DNA of 62,997 nucleotides, filler included, from Conidiobolus incongruus B7586 (GCA_000697335.1; 21 parts of 21 records of this genome joined end to end with filler, not necessarily neighbours in it), one strand, 5' to 3'; positions 1 to 13,826 are shown, counted from the whole stretch's first letter. Notes: generated by a model from the sequence alone, not told the origin. Numbers and translations: made by a program.

Positions 1-1246
1 TTATTAAATTCTATTTATTAATATTATTATACTTAAATCTATCTTTAAAAAAATCTATTTGTATATTAATTAACTTTATAAAGAAGGTAAATCAACTTAT
101 AATATTATTAGAATTACTAATGTTAGCTAGTTTATTATAGTTAAGTTTATTAAATATAACAATAAAAACACATTTAAACTTAAACTTAAGTGTGTTAAAA
201 TCATAAATAAATATGATGAGAAGTATATCTGTAGGTTAATTAATATAGATAAATATAATACTGTTATAGAAATATAATAAGCTTTATAAGACTATATAAG
301 AATATTAGTTAGCATTGATACAATTATACATACTTTATATTATCATAGATATCACTTACATTTTAAGAAAAAAACACCTTTAACTAAAGAAATCCTACTA
401 TAAAGCTAAGTAGGAATTTGAATATCATTATCAATATTAAACTAAAACTTATTAGATTAAGGTTATTTAATCTGATGAAACAAAAATATACTTTAGTAAA
501 TCTGATAACAAATCTAAATATTTCAGAAAAAATACAAACTATTTTATTACTATTATGTTAATTTTACCCAAAAGAATAATAATTGGTTATTTAATATTTA
601 GGGATATATATTGTCTTTAGATATAAAATAACTTTATAAAATTAATAGGTGAAGTAATACTAAAATATATTAAAGTACTCTAAACAATAAATTAAAAAAA
701 TAATTAAATAATATAGGTTAAACAAATCTGATGTTATTTTCTAATAAGATAATACCTTTTATAATATTATAACTTTTATTACCAATTAGCTTAAAAATAA
801 TAAAATAATAGTTATAAAATAGATTTTATAATTTTTTAACTTTAACCCAATTAAATATCTTTAGGATAAGCTAAAAAATGATATTAAAATTTTCCCCTCA
901 GCAAAAGATTAAGATTAGTTTTAAAAATATGTTTAAGAAATATAGAATAAGATTAACCATTCCTAGTATAAGAAGTTAATTGATTTTATACCCTATAAAA
1001 TTAAAAAAATTTAACAAGCTAAAGGTAGATACACTAGGTTTTAATTTTTTTTATCACCAAAAACCTATAAATTTATAACTTAAATATAATTTAAAGGTTT
1101 ATATTTTAACCAATTAATAGCTAAATATCATCATTTAATAATATATATTATTGATACATATAATAGATTTTAATTATTTAATTTAAGTTTATTTTATTAA
1201 ATATTATTTAAGTTATTAGTAAAAATATAAGTGTTTTTGATTTTAT
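1..1246 (+). mobile_element. Tc1-type DNA transposon (family A), degenerate, both ends cut by window edge and gap
   Basis: Alignable with the full-length copies at 9960 and 28844. First catalytic motif VI*SDETK at ~461-485 (gttatttaatctgatgaaacaaaa) and decayed QQDN at ~741-753. Many TAA/TAG stops. Confidence 0.85.
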
Positions 1247-1346
1247 NNNNNNNNNNNNNNNNNNNNNNNNNNNNNNNNNNNNNNNNNNNNTTAATTAATT
1301 AANNNNNNNNNNNNNNNNNNNNNNNNNNNNNNNNNNNNNNNNNNNN

Positions 1347-2898
1347 AAGTTATAAAATTAAAAATAAAAATATTTCTATTAATATCTTAATCTATTCTAT
1401 TTGAAAATGAATTTATATTAAACTATTTAATTAATATATATTTTTTATTTATAATATAGTATATAGAGTTAAATTTTATTAATTATTAATTAATATATTA
1501 AAATTAAAAATATATCTAAAATAAACTATAAACTTATATGTTTTAGTATTGATAGAAAAATCAATATTTAATATATCTATCTTTTGCTTTTCTAATTTCT
1601 TTAGGTTTATAAGGTAGAGAATTAACTAGCTTTTTATATTAAGCAAAACTAATATTATTCTAAGCTTCTTAAATATATTTTTAATGTTAATTTAAGATTT
1701 TTATTAAAGGGAAAATCTTAATTAATTTTTTTAATTGATTCTAAAGATATTTAATTAGGTTAAAATTAAGAAGTTAAAGAGGATATTTTATAATAACTAT
1801 TTTGTTATTTTTAAACCATTTAATAATAAAGTTTATAATATAACAAAAGGTATTATCTTGTTAAAAAATAATAATTGATTTATTTAACTTATATTATTTA
1901 ATAATTTTTTTCAATTTATTATTTAAAATACTCTAATACATCTTAGCATTAATTCTTTTATTAATTTTATAATGATATCTTATAACTAAAAATAATATAT
2001 ATCCATAAATTATAATTGACCTATTGTTATATTTTTAGGTTATAATAATATAATAGTTATAAAGTAATTTTTTATCTTTTTAGAAATATCTATCTTTTAT
2101 ATTAAATTTATTAAAATATATCTTTGTTTTATTAAACTAAATAATTTTAATCTCTTTAATTTTAATTTAATTTTAATATTAACATTTAAGCTCCTATTTA
2201 ACTTTATAATAAAACTTCATTAATTGAGGGTATTTATCTTAAGATATAAGTAATATCTATTTTAGTGTTAAATATATATAATAGTATTAATACTAACTAA
2301 TATTCTTGTTAAATCTTATAATTCTTATTATACTTCAATAATAATATTATATTTACCTATACTAACTAATCTATAAATATACTTTTTATCATGTTAATCT
2401 ATAATTTTAATATACTTAAGATTTATTTTAGTGTTTTTTTAATATTGTTTTTAATAACCTTAACTATAATAGATTAATTAATACTAATAATTTTAACAAT
2501 CTTATAAGTTGATTTATTTTTATTATAATGTTGATTAATATATAAGTGAACTTTTTTAAAGAGAAATTTAAGTATTATAGTATTAATTTAAAAATATAAG
2601 TTTAATAGTTTTATAATATATATAATATAACAAAAGAAAAAAAAGATATATATAAGTTTTGTTATTTATACCCCTCTTAACTTATATAATTATAAATCTA
2701 TAACTTATCTTGGTTAAATATTAGGTTTTAATATATTAACCAATAGCTAATGAAATTTAATCAAATATAATTAGTGATAATTAACTAATATATATATATT
2801 ATATATTTTAATTTGAATTTATTTAATTAAGTATTGTTTAAGATATAACTAAATATATAAGTAATTTTGATTTCATAACTTATTTTTGCAAGCTAGTG
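1347..2898 (-). mobile_element. Tc1-type transposon (family A), near full length, degenerate
   Basis: Reverse complement of family A. Ends in TIR ...tttttgcaagctagtg followed by TA at 2899-2900. The other TIR is cut by the gap. Confidence 0.85.
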
Positions 2899-3481
2899 TA
2901 TATATTAAAACAATATATAAAAAGTTATTATTACAAACCTAGCTTTATATTATTTATTCATCTTTATTCTATATATTACCTAACAAACAAATACTAAAAA
3001 GAAACAATAATATTCAAGTAAATGTAATAGAAATATTTATAGAAAAACAAAATAGTTTATATAACTAAATATTTATAAATAAAACAACAAAGTTTAAATA
3101 ATTAAAAAAATTAAAACAAGGTAGATAATTATTATATAATATGAAAGCTATTCTTTTAATAAAGAATTGCTTGTAATTTAAAGAAAGAAGAATTAAAATT
3201 AAATACCCCAATCTATATATATATATATATATATATAATACTTCAGTATTAACCTAATAAGAATGCTATTTTTTATACGAAATTAAAAAATTGATAAAGG
3301 GTATAATGGGCATGGTATAATATATTGAAAATTAGTGAAAATTGATTTAAAAAAAGATATCATATAAGTTATAATAAGCTCTATTTAAAGGTAAATATAT
3401 GTTTTACCATTTGGTATTTTATTATAAAAGCTTGGTATTAAAAAATAATAAACCTATAGGCATTACAAAATAGCAGTAAAT

Positions 3482-3990
3482 AGGGTATTTTCAACCTTAG
3501 TTCAAAAATATAATACACTGTTATTTATACTTTTAAATCTATAGAACAAACTTTACAAAGGTAGTGCATGTAAATAATAATTCAATTTTGATGATGATGA
3601 AATATCAGACAGTGAATCAGCAGCGTGAAACAAAGATGAATTGGTAAAAAGTAGTAGATAGTTTGATCATGATTGAAAATATATACTACAATCTATGAAT
3701 GAGTCAACTAGACCCTGTGAAAACTAACAATATTAGAGCATTTTGTTCTTTAGTTGATAATGAAGTAAATATCCATTAGAGTCAGATTATTTGCTATGAG
3801 CTTAATAACTAAGAAGCTTTATGATTAAGAACAATAACACACTTGTATGGCATCACTTGCTCATCAAGTGCGTTTTCAAAAATAAAATGAAATTTTACTA
3901 TAAGTAATAGAAAACAACAAAAAAAAGAGAATAAAGAATAGAACAAACAGAAAATCAGAGAAATCAATAGAAGCATTTAATTTAGAGTAA
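3482..3990 (+). pseudogene. Decayed ORF of unknown function (may extend upstream towards ~2940)
   Basis: One frame reads protein-like (FNFDDDEISDSESAA*NKDELVKSSR*FDHD*KYILQSMNESTRPCEN...) with many stops that could come from CGA/CAA/CAG by C>T. No family recognised. Confidence 0.3.
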
Positions 3991-4116
3991 TCTATTGAGG
4001 AAGAGAGATAAAGTATAATATTATTAAAAGCATTTATAAAGATACACCTATATGTAAAACATTGGGGTGAATAAATGAACTAAGTTTTAAAAGTCTATGA
4101 TATTGAAGTTAGTATT

Positions 4117-5034
4117 CTATCGGGTGCAATCATCAGGTCTGATTGACACACCACCCAACCCCATCAATGTTTGTGATGTGAGTGTGATTCCAGGATTGTA
4201 CCCTTGTAGCTTACCAGCTGTTATACTGTATAGTGCATTAAATGCAGCAATTTCACTATTATTGCAATACTTCGCCATGCATCTACAGTCTGATAAATTT
4301 TCGCACCAGCCTGGTGTCTTCATCTTGTTGTAAAAAGCACATATACCAGCTCCAGTAGAATCTTTTAATCTTGTTGCACATACTATCATGTTACAAACAT
4401 TTTCGAAACAGAAACCATATGTATTGTTTAGCTGAGTAGGTGTTAAGTAGCCAATATCATCAAGTGCGAATGATGCTGCTGCTCTCGCAGCAAATGCCTG
4501 ACCCAGATCACAACCTAACACATCAGAAGGTGAGGTATCTATTTCAACAACAGTGTTGTCTCCCGTGACAGTGAGATCATTAGTAATTGTGTCAAGTTCA
4601 TTGGTGACATCTAGCTTGCTCGTTTGCGTTTCATCCTTCTTTACAACAGTTGTGTTTTCACTGCCACTTGTATTGATGATAGAAGAAACATCAGTGAAAA
4701 ACTTGCATGATGTTGTTGCACCAAAGGCACCATCCTTGTTGCAAACTCTTCTGCCTAAGTAATCCAATCCTTCTAATGTATCTTGGGCTTTCTTTGGATA
4801 CTTTCTAAACACTTTCCCAATTTTACTGCCACCGGGTATAATTGCAATAATATCTGATACTGAGAAACTATCACAGTTTTGTGCACCACTTAGATGGCAA
4901 TAGCCTTTTGAAATAGTTACTCCAACACTGCAAAGAGAGTCGAAAGGTGTAGGCACTTTGTCACAATCAACACCCGTACCTCTATAAGCTGTACAAAACT
5001 TGAGCGTGAATAATAAGTAAAAGATATATATCAT
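4117..5034 (-). CDS. Intronless secreted cysteine-rich protein, 305 aa, unknown function
   Basis: Intact ATG-TAG ORF, GC and CpG richer than flanks. Hydrophobic N-terminus MIYIFYLLFTLKFCTA. 6 Cys in an N-terminal domain, a T/D/V-rich linker, 10 Cys in a C-terminal domain. Confidence 0.8.
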   Translation of the reverse strand: MIYIFYLLFTLKFCTAYRGTGVDCDKVPTPFDSLCSVGVTISKGYCHLSGAQNCDSFSVSDIIAIIPGGSKIGKVFRKYPKKAQDTLEGLDYLGRRVCNKDGAFGATTSCKFFTDVSSIINTSGSENTTVVKKDETQTSKLDVTNELDTITNDLTVTGDNTVVEIDTSPSDVLGCDLGQAFAARAAASFALDDIGYLTPTQLNNTYGFCFENVCNMIVCATRLKDSTGAGICAFYNKMKTPGWCENLSDCRCMAKYCNNSEIAAFNALYSITAGKLQGYNPGITLTSQTLMGLGGVSIRPDDCTR

Positions 5035-5082
5035 TTCTGAAATACTAATAAATCTTATGCCTTATGTATAAATATTTGCAAT

Positions 5083-5090
5083 TATTTATA
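5083..5090 (-). promoter_or_regulatory. Putative TATA box (TATAAATA) of the secreted protein gene
   Basis: About 50 nt upstream of the ATG, with a GC-richer CpG-containing block further upstream (5100-5260). Weak in an AT-rich background. Confidence 0.3.
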
Positions 5091-6914
5091 TTTGAAATCT
5101 TGCTGCGCATGATGCAGAACGGCAGAATAAGCCTTGAAATGTGGCGCATTATGCTGCAACTCGGGAGGTCTGCTCGGATTCAATTTTAACTCTCTGTCAT
5201 TGTTCCCAATGCAATCCACTCACAAATACCAGGTATAATCCTTGTACAATGTAAAATTCTAGACTATATTCTAAACCAATTTACATTTAATTCTCTAATT
5301 GTTATTACTTTTTCTTTTTCATCTTAATTAAAAAATAGTGTCAAGTCTTGATTCTTTGGTTTATTATGGTAAACATTATTAACTTGAAATAAGGCTTGGT
5401 TTTTATACATGAAATATAAGTTTAATCTTTTAAAATTAATTCTAAATTTTACATTTAATTTTATAGTTATTAAATTAAAACTTTTAAAGTGAATATTATA
5501 ATGATGTATACTTTAAATATAAAATGGATCTAAGTAAGCTGAGCTTAAGCAATAGATTATTCTAATAAAATATTTATAACAATGTAACATTTAAACAGAT
5601 TTCGAAATGATTTTTAATATAATTATAATGTATTAATGTGGTAAATATAATCTAATAGAAAAGTTAATTTATTATAGATTATAACAGAGTATAATTATAT
5701 TTAAAAGGTAGTCTATTTAACTTTTTATATAAACAATTTAATATAAATAATTAATATTATTCACATAATTAATATTAAAAATAGATGATTTCTTGATATA
5801 ATTATTAATATAGTATTCAATTTAATAAATAAATATGCTTTAATTTGATTAAATTTTATCAACATAAGTTTTGTTTATATGTTTTAAAATATTTATTTTT
5901 TTAAAAGATTATTCACTTAGTAGATATTAAGGATAAAAATGATGATTTTAATCTTTATACTAAATGATATTAATATCTAAAATCAAAGTTTAAATTGTAA
6001 GTCGCTATCAAAAATAATTCTGTATAAATTATTAAAATAATCAATAAAATAAAAATTTATATTATCTTTAAAGAATATAAAATAATAATAGAAAACATAT
6101 ATTAAAGTCTTAATTATTTTATTAATTATTGCATTTGAAAGCTTCTATAATATAAAATTCAATTCATTATTAAGCTTTATCGATATTTGATAAAATTAAT
6201 TTATAATTATTGTATTATAATTGATATATTAATATAAATTATAAAAATTAAGTTTTTGAAAATGATTTCAATTATAAAGAATTGTGTTTTTTAAATTCTC
6301 TATATTTTGACCGAGTGTTGATATATTTTGATTAATAAATATTAGTATCTCTTAAATTTTATTTTCAGATTTTAAATTTTTTAAAATATATAAGGTAAGG
6401 ATTATAATATAAAATAGTATATATAATTCTAAATAATTTAACAAATTTTTATTCATTTTCAAGTGATTTATAAATTAGTAAAGTCATTGTTAAAATTTGT
6501 TCGGGAAATCCTTATATATAATTAAATATAATTTTTAATTTTAAAATAATTAAATAATATATACATATATATATATATAATATGATGGAATATTGAATTA
6601 TCATAAATTGATTCAATATACTAAGTTTTTTTAATCTTTATTATTTTTGATTTTTATTATAGCTTTTAAATTTAATATTATATTATTAAGACTTATAAAT
6701 ATTCCTTTAATTATTAAAGTAATATACTATTATATTTATATATAATATTAATAGATTTTGTTATTTAAATATTGATGAATAATGTATAATTGAATCAAAT
6801 TTTTAATTTAATAANNNNNNNNNNNNNNNNNNNNNNNNNNNNNNNNNNNNNNNNNNNNTTAATTAATTAANNNNNNNNNNNNNNNNNNNNNNNNNNNNNN
6901 NNNNNNNNNNNNNN

Positions 6915-8728
6915 AGATAATACAACTAGAACAACCAGAGTTAATTAGAACACTAACAGGTGTATCTATAAAAGAACTAGTTAACACAAACAATAGGGTG
7001 ATAGTTAAAGGTAAAGAATTATAAGGTAGATTAGTTACTAGAATATTTCTAGTTTCTAGTGGTTTAATCAGTTGGATTTCTCTAGTATACATAGTTTAAT
7101 TTGTGGAATCATTGGTTTGTTGGAATTTTTGTGGATTAGATTAGAATCTGCTAACTAATTGTGAAAGGGGTGATTCTAGGGTTATATTAATATTATTCAG
7201 GTTTGATTTATGGTTGGTAGGTTGGGATTGTTGAGAATTAAACAGATATTGCTTTCTTAAGGGGTATTTGTCAGCTCTATAGTTAACTTAAGTCTTTCAA
7301 CAGTAATAACAACCTTTGTTTGCTCTCAAGTAGGCTTTAGCTTCTTTACTAAAGGTTTTCTCATGAAGCCTTAAAGCAGAAACATCTATCATTTGAGACT
7401 TAGGTAGGTTAAAGTAAGGTTTAAAAGATTAATTTTTAGGGTGGGAAGATTTAGTTATAAAGTAAAAAATATCATCAATTATAATTGCTGCATCACAAAT
7501 GTTAGAAAAAAACATATTATCAAAGTGTTCCCTACTAACTAATTAGAGCTTTACTTGAGGGTTAAGGCATTGTAATAGTTTGTGGATTTATTCTTCTTTA
7601 GTAATATTTAGTATGTTTAAGCATATCTTATTAAATTTCTCAATCAATTATTTTGTAGAAGTTTTTTATTTAAGCTGGGAAAGCTTTTCTCTTGCTAATC
7701 AAACTTGATCTTTTAGGTAATACCTTTCTTTAAGGGCTTTTTCCAATTGTTTAAAAGTTTATATCCTTGTAGTAGGCTATCCTCCTGAAGATTCTTTAGG
7801 ATTAAGCTTGTAATGAGTTAACCACCAAGTATAAACAGATTTTTCCAAAAAAGAAGTGGCTAATTTAAGGATATTCTCTGGATCTTCATCAGGAATCAAA
7901 TCAAGGTAATTCTTCATGTTTTTAAGGTAGTTTTCAAGCTTGTGAAGGTTTTTTAAGCTATCATAAATAGTTAGTTTGTCTTTAAAGACACTAAAGAGGT
8001 GGTTTGATGTATTAACTATAGTGAAGTAGCTGGTTTGTTGGATTTAAGCTCTTTGAGATATGTTTTTTTCAATCAAAAGTTGTCTAATATAAGCTTCTTA
8101 GAGGGTAGTAAGCTCTTAGAGACTAAAGTCTTAGATTTACTTAGTAATTAAGCTGCTATCATCATTAAAATAATATAAGGGTATCTCTTTTTTTAGTGGT
8201 ATTATAGTATATAGTGTTAAATTTAAATAAAATAAATTATAGATAAAATTCAAAATAGTAATAATTAGGTTTGATACAGATAGTTATTAATATCTAGTAG
8301 GTTTTTAATAGTTTTGTTGCTGTTACCATATAAGTATAGTGGTAGTTAAACTAATATAGTGTAGAGGAAGACTTAATATAAAAGTAGTGTGGTGCAGAAC
8401 ATGGTAATATAATGTGGCTGTAGTGTGCAAGTGTAAACAAAGTTTAATTAAGCTTCAAACTAGGATGAGTCACTGATATATTAAGATTTATATTAGGTAG
8501 TGCCAATATCCTACAATATTGACAGAATATAGTCTCAATCTTAGAAATAGTGTGAAAGTAAAAATTAGTAAGAATTGAGAAGAAAAAAGAGGAACCTAGT
8601 TTATTAAATAATTTAATACTATTTATACAATTAATTTAACTACATAAGTATAAATTAATCATATAATTTATAGTTAATTGGATTATATAAAAGTGTATAT
8701 AAGAATTTAGAGAACTAGTCTCTTAACA
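6915..8728 (-). mobile_element. Ty3/gypsy LTR retrotransposon (family G1): 5' LTR, PBS and decayed gag/protease start
   Basis: LTR 8329-8728 (minus-strand TGTTAAGAG...CTTATA). PBS remnant 8318-8328. Internal sequence aligns with 22176-23581. Inserted into a Tc1 copy that resumes at 8729. Confidence 0.85.
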
Positions 8729-9420
8729 TATATATTATATATCTTAATAATAAAAATAAATAAACTTTTAAGATTATTAAAATTATTAGTGTTAGCTAAT
8801 TTATTATAATTAAAGTTATTAAAAATAATATTAAAAAACACTTAATTATAAATTTAAATATTCTAAAACAAAGAATAAATATAATAAAAAATATATTTTT
8901 AAATTAGGATATATAAATAGGTATAATATTATTATAAAACTATAACAAGAGTTATTAGACTATATAACAATATTAATTAGTATTAATATTATTTTATAAA
9001 ATTTATATTATAATAAATATTATTTATATTTTAAGAACAATATTTTTAATTTAAAAAATCCTATTATAAAGTTAAATAAATATTTAAATATTATTACTAA
9101 AGTTAAATTAAAATTAAAATTATTTAAAATAAAGTTATTTAATCTAATGAAGTAAAAATATATCTTAATAAATTTAATCAAAAAGCTAGATATTTTATAA
9201 AAAATAAAAAACTATTTTATAACTATTTTGTTATAATAACTTAAAAATATAATGATATGTTAATTATATTTTAAAGATATATATTATTTTTAGGTATAAA
9301 ATATCTTTATAAAATTTATAAGGGAATTAATATTAAAATATATTAGATTATTTTAAAAATAAATTAAAAAGTTATTAAGTAATATAAGTTATATAAATTA
9401 AATATTATTTTTTTTAATAA
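8729..9420 (+). mobile_element. Tc1-type transposon (family A) fragment, host of the LTR element
   Basis: Aligns to the family A transposase region starting right after the LTR end; heavily A/T converted. Confidence 0.8.
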
Positions 9421-9959
9421 NNNNNNNNNNNNNNNNNNNNNNNNNNNNNNNNNNNNNNNNNNNNTTAATTAATTAANNNNNNNNNNNNNNNNNNNNNNNN
9501 NNNNNNNNNNNNNNNNNNNNAAAGATTTATAATTTTATTTTAATAATATTTAGAATAAAACCTTTTAATAATATTTATTTAATTTTAATATAAATTGAAT
9601 TGATTTTAAGTTTTCAAATTTATAAATTTATAATTAATAATATTCATAATATTTTAATATATATTAATATTTTTTTAGATTTGAATTAAATCATAATGAT
9701 AAAAGATATATATTAGCTTGCAAAAATAAGTCATAAAATTAAAATTACTTATATATTTACCTATACTCTTAAATAATTCTTAGTTAAATAAATTTAAATT
9801 AAAATATATAATTTACCTATATAGTTGATTAAAATTATCTATATTTGATTATATTTTATTAACTATTGGTTAATATATCAAAACCTAAAATTTAACTAAA
9901 ATAAGTTATAAATTTATAGGTTTATAAATTAAAAGGATATAAATAACAAAACTTATATA

Positions 9960-11513
9960 CACTAGCCCACAAAAGTAAGTCTTAAAATCAAAATTACTTA
10001 AATATTTACTTATATCTTAAACAATTCCAAATTAAAATATATAATTTACCTATATTAATTGATTATAACTAACTATATTTGATTATATTACATTAGCTAT
10101 TGGTTAATATATCAAAGCCTAAAATTTAACCAAGGTGAGTTATAAATTTATATGTTTATAAGTTAAAGGGTTATAAATAACAAAACTTATATATATCTTC
10201 TTTTTCTTTTGTTGTATTATATATATTATAAAACTATTAAGCTAATATTTTAAAATTAATATTATAATGCCTAAATCTCTCTTTAAAAAAATTCACTTAC
10301 ATATTAATTAACTTCATAATAAAAATAAATCAACTTGTGAGATTGCTAAAATTACTAGTGTTAGCTAATCTATTATAGTTAGGGTTATTAAGAACAATGT
10401 TAAAAAAACACCTAAACCAAAACTTGAGTATGATAAAATTATAGATAAGCATGATGAAAAGTATATTTATAGATTAGTTAGTACAGGTAAGTGTAATATT
10501 ACTATAGAAGTATAACAAGAATTATAAGACTATGCAAGAATATTAATTAATACTAATACTATTATATATGCTTTATATTAAAATAGATACCACTTACACT
10601 TTAAAAGAAAACACCCTTAACTAAAGAAGTCCTATTATAAAGTTAGATAAGAGTTTAAATGTCAATATTAAAGTTGAATTGAAATTAACTAAAGTAAGGT
10701 TATTTAATCTAATGAAATAAAAATATATCTTAATAAATCTAATAAAAGAGTTAGATGATTCAAAAAAGATAAAAAATCACTTTATAACCATTATGTTATT
10801 ATAACCCAAAAATACAATGGTGGGTCAATTATAATTTGGGGATATATGTTATCTTTAGGTATAAAGTATCTTTATAAGGTTGATAGGGGAATTAATGTTA
10901 AAATGTACCAAAGTATTCTAAATGATAAATTGAAAAAAACTATTGAGTGGTATAGATTAAAAAAATCAAATATTATTTTCTAACAAGATAATACACTTTG
11001 TTATATTACAAATTCTACTATTAAATAGCTTAAAAATAACAAAATAACTATTATGAAATAGCCTCCTCAATCTTCTAATTTTAACCCAACTGAATATCTT
11101 TAAGATCAATTAAAAAAATTAATTAAAGCTTTTCCCCTAACAAAAAAGTTAAATCAACTTTAGGAGTATATTTAAGAAGCTTAGAATAATATTAGTTTTG
11201 TTTAATATAAGAAGCTAGTTGATTCTATACCTTATAAACTTAAAGAAGTTAGAAAAGCCAAAGATAAATATACTAGATATTAATTTTTCTATCAATACTA
11301 AAACCCACAAATTTATAACTTATCTTAAGTATACTTTTAGTATTAATATATCAATTAATAATTAATTAAATCTAACTATATATATTATATTATAAATAAA
11401 AAATATATATTAATTACATAGTTTAATATAAGTTTATTTAAATTAGAATTGATTAAGATATTAATAAAAATATTTATATTTTTAATTTTATGACTTATTT
11501 TTGTAAGCTAGTA
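9960..11513 (+). mobile_element. Tc1-type transposon (family A), full-length 1554-bp degenerate copy nested in another copy
   Basis: TA|cactagcccacaaaagtaagtc...gacttatttttgtaagctagta|TA. Decayed transposase with GGSIIIWG, QDN and SSNFNPTE motifs. Confidence 0.9.
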
Positions 11514-12514
11514 TATATATATATATTCTTTTTTTGTTATATTATTTATAATATAGAATATTTAAGTTAATATTTTAAAATTAATATTGTAATATTTAAA
11601 ACTCTCATTAAAAAAGCTCATTTATATATTATTTAACTTAATAATATAAATAAATCAACTCATAAAATTATTAAAATTACTAATATTAGCTAATCTATTA
11701 TAATAAAGGTTATTAAAAATAATTTTAAAAAAATATATAAATTAAAACTTAAATAAGTTAGAATTATAGATAAGCATGATAAAAAATATATTTATAGATT
11801 AATTAATATAAGTAAATATAGTATTAATATAAAGATATAATAATAATTATAAGATTAATTAAGGATATTGATTATAATTAATAATATTATATATATTCTA
11901 TATTAAAATAAATATCACTTATATTTTAAGAAAAAACACCCTTAATTAAAGAAATCCTATTATAAAGTTAAATAAGAATTTAAATATTATTATTAAAGTT
12001 AAATTAAAACTAATTAAAATAAGGTTATTTAATCTATAAAACAAAGATATATTTTAATAAATTTCATAAAAAAGTTAAATATTTAAAAAAAATAAAGAAT
12101 TATTTTATAATTTTTATATTATCATAACCTAAAAACAAAATGATAAGTTAATTATAATATAGAAATATATATTATCTTTAAGTATAAAATATTTTTATAA
12201 AGTTAATAAGGGAATAAATATTAAGATATATTAGAATATTTTAAATAATTAATTGACAAAAACTATTAAGTAATATTGGTTAAAAAAATGAAATATTATT
12301 TTTTGATAAGATAATAACCTTTATTATATTATAAATTCTAATATTAAATAGCTTAAAAATAACAAAATAACTATTATAAAATAGTTTCCTTAAACTTTTA
12401 ATCTTAACTTAATTAAATATCTTTAAAATCAATTAAAAAAATTAATTAAAGCTTTCCCTTTAACAAAATATATAAATCAACTTTGATAATATATTTAAGA
12501 AGCTTAGAATAATA

Positions 12515-13103
12515 TTAGTGCAGAAATTAAGTAATGGCACAATTTTAAATTTAAAATTAAACAAATAAATTAATAAAAAATATATAAAAATTAATGAATA
12601 ATATAAAATTAATAGCCTCTTTTATTATTAATAACTCTTTTCTATACCTTTGGTAAGCTTCTAATACCTAAAAAACAGTTCTTTTTATTAAAGACTGAAA
12701 TTTAATATTTCACAAACCAATTTAATTTGTTTGCAGGAATTTTTTTTCCTGCAAGCTGTTTTTTTAATTGTCTAAAACAATTATAATCACATGGATTATA
12801 ATCAGGTGAATATACTGGATATGGTAACTCCCTCCAATTTTTTTTATATAAAAAATCTTTTATAGCTTTAGCTTTATGTANNNNNNNNNNNNNNNNNNNN
12901 NNNNNNNNNNNNNNNNNNNNNNNNTTAATTAATTAANNNNNNNNNNNNNNNNNNNNNNNNNNNNNNNNNNNNNNNNNNNNTATATATAGTTTGAAAATAT
13001 TTATTTTCCTATATATTTTATATATATATAATCTTTCAAAATGTATAATATGTTTGAAAGATCAGAAATTAAAAAATTTGCCATTTCTTAATTTCTATAC
13101 TAA
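12515..13103 (-). mobile_element. mariner (DD34D) element, subfamily B, both ends, middle in gap
   Basis: TIRs ttagtgcagaaattaagtaatggca and tgccatttcttaatttctatactaa. TA duplication 12513-12514 / 13104-13105. The host Tc1 sequence rejoins across it. Confidence 0.85.
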
Positions 13104-13826
13104 TATTAAACTTATTTAATATAAAAAGCTAGTTAACTTTTTACCTTATAAACTTAAAAATGTTAAAAAAACAAAAAATAGATATATTAAATATAAATTC
13201 TCTTATTAACACTAAAATTTAAAAATTTATAACTTATCTTAAATATACTTTTAATTTTAATATATCAATTAATAATTAATTAATTTTACTCTATATATTA
13301 TATAATAAATAAAAAATATATATTAATTATATAGTTTAATATAAGTTTATTTAGATTAGAATTAATAAAGAAATTAATAAAAATATTTATATTTTTAATT
13401 TTATGACTTATTTTTGCAAACTAGTGTATATATATATAATATCAAATATATAACTTATTTTTCTATATTTTATTGGATTATAAATATAAATAAAATTTTA
13501 ATTTATTATAAATATTATCTGATTTAATACTTTATTTGAATTATTTTTTTATAATATATTATATCTTTAAAAATATTAATATATATAATATAATTATTTT
13601 ATTTAATAAATTTAAGCTTTAATATAGTTAAAAAATATGATTTTTTGAATATAGTAATTCTATTGCTATATATATATATTATCTTATAAAAATAAGCTAT
13701 AAAATTTAAATATCTATAATTTGATTAATAACTTAAATAATTGAAATTTAAAAAACTTATATTAAACTATATTATTAATATATAGTTTAATTTATGATAA
13801 AATATATTTAAATAAATTAAGTTACT

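Larger units (their letters stand above)
9711..13426 (+). mobile_element. Tc1-type transposon (family A), outer copy carrying two nested insertions
   Basis: Left TIR tattagcttgcaaaaataagtc at 9711, right TIR ...tttttgcaaactagtg ending 13426, TA flanks. Interrupted at 9960-11513 and 12515-13103. Confidence 0.8.

Noticed and set aside
1247..1346. TTAATTAATTAA centred in every 100-nt N run
   Set aside because: Artificial scaffold linker with stops in all six frames. It also produces the ...XXXLIN endings of ORFs 6859-7092 and 23960-24832.
4097..4762. Plus-strand ORFs 4097-4333 and 4553-4762 (likewise 24294, 24735, 38885, 46432, 49016)
   Set aside because: Antisense shadows of real minus-strand coding sequence.
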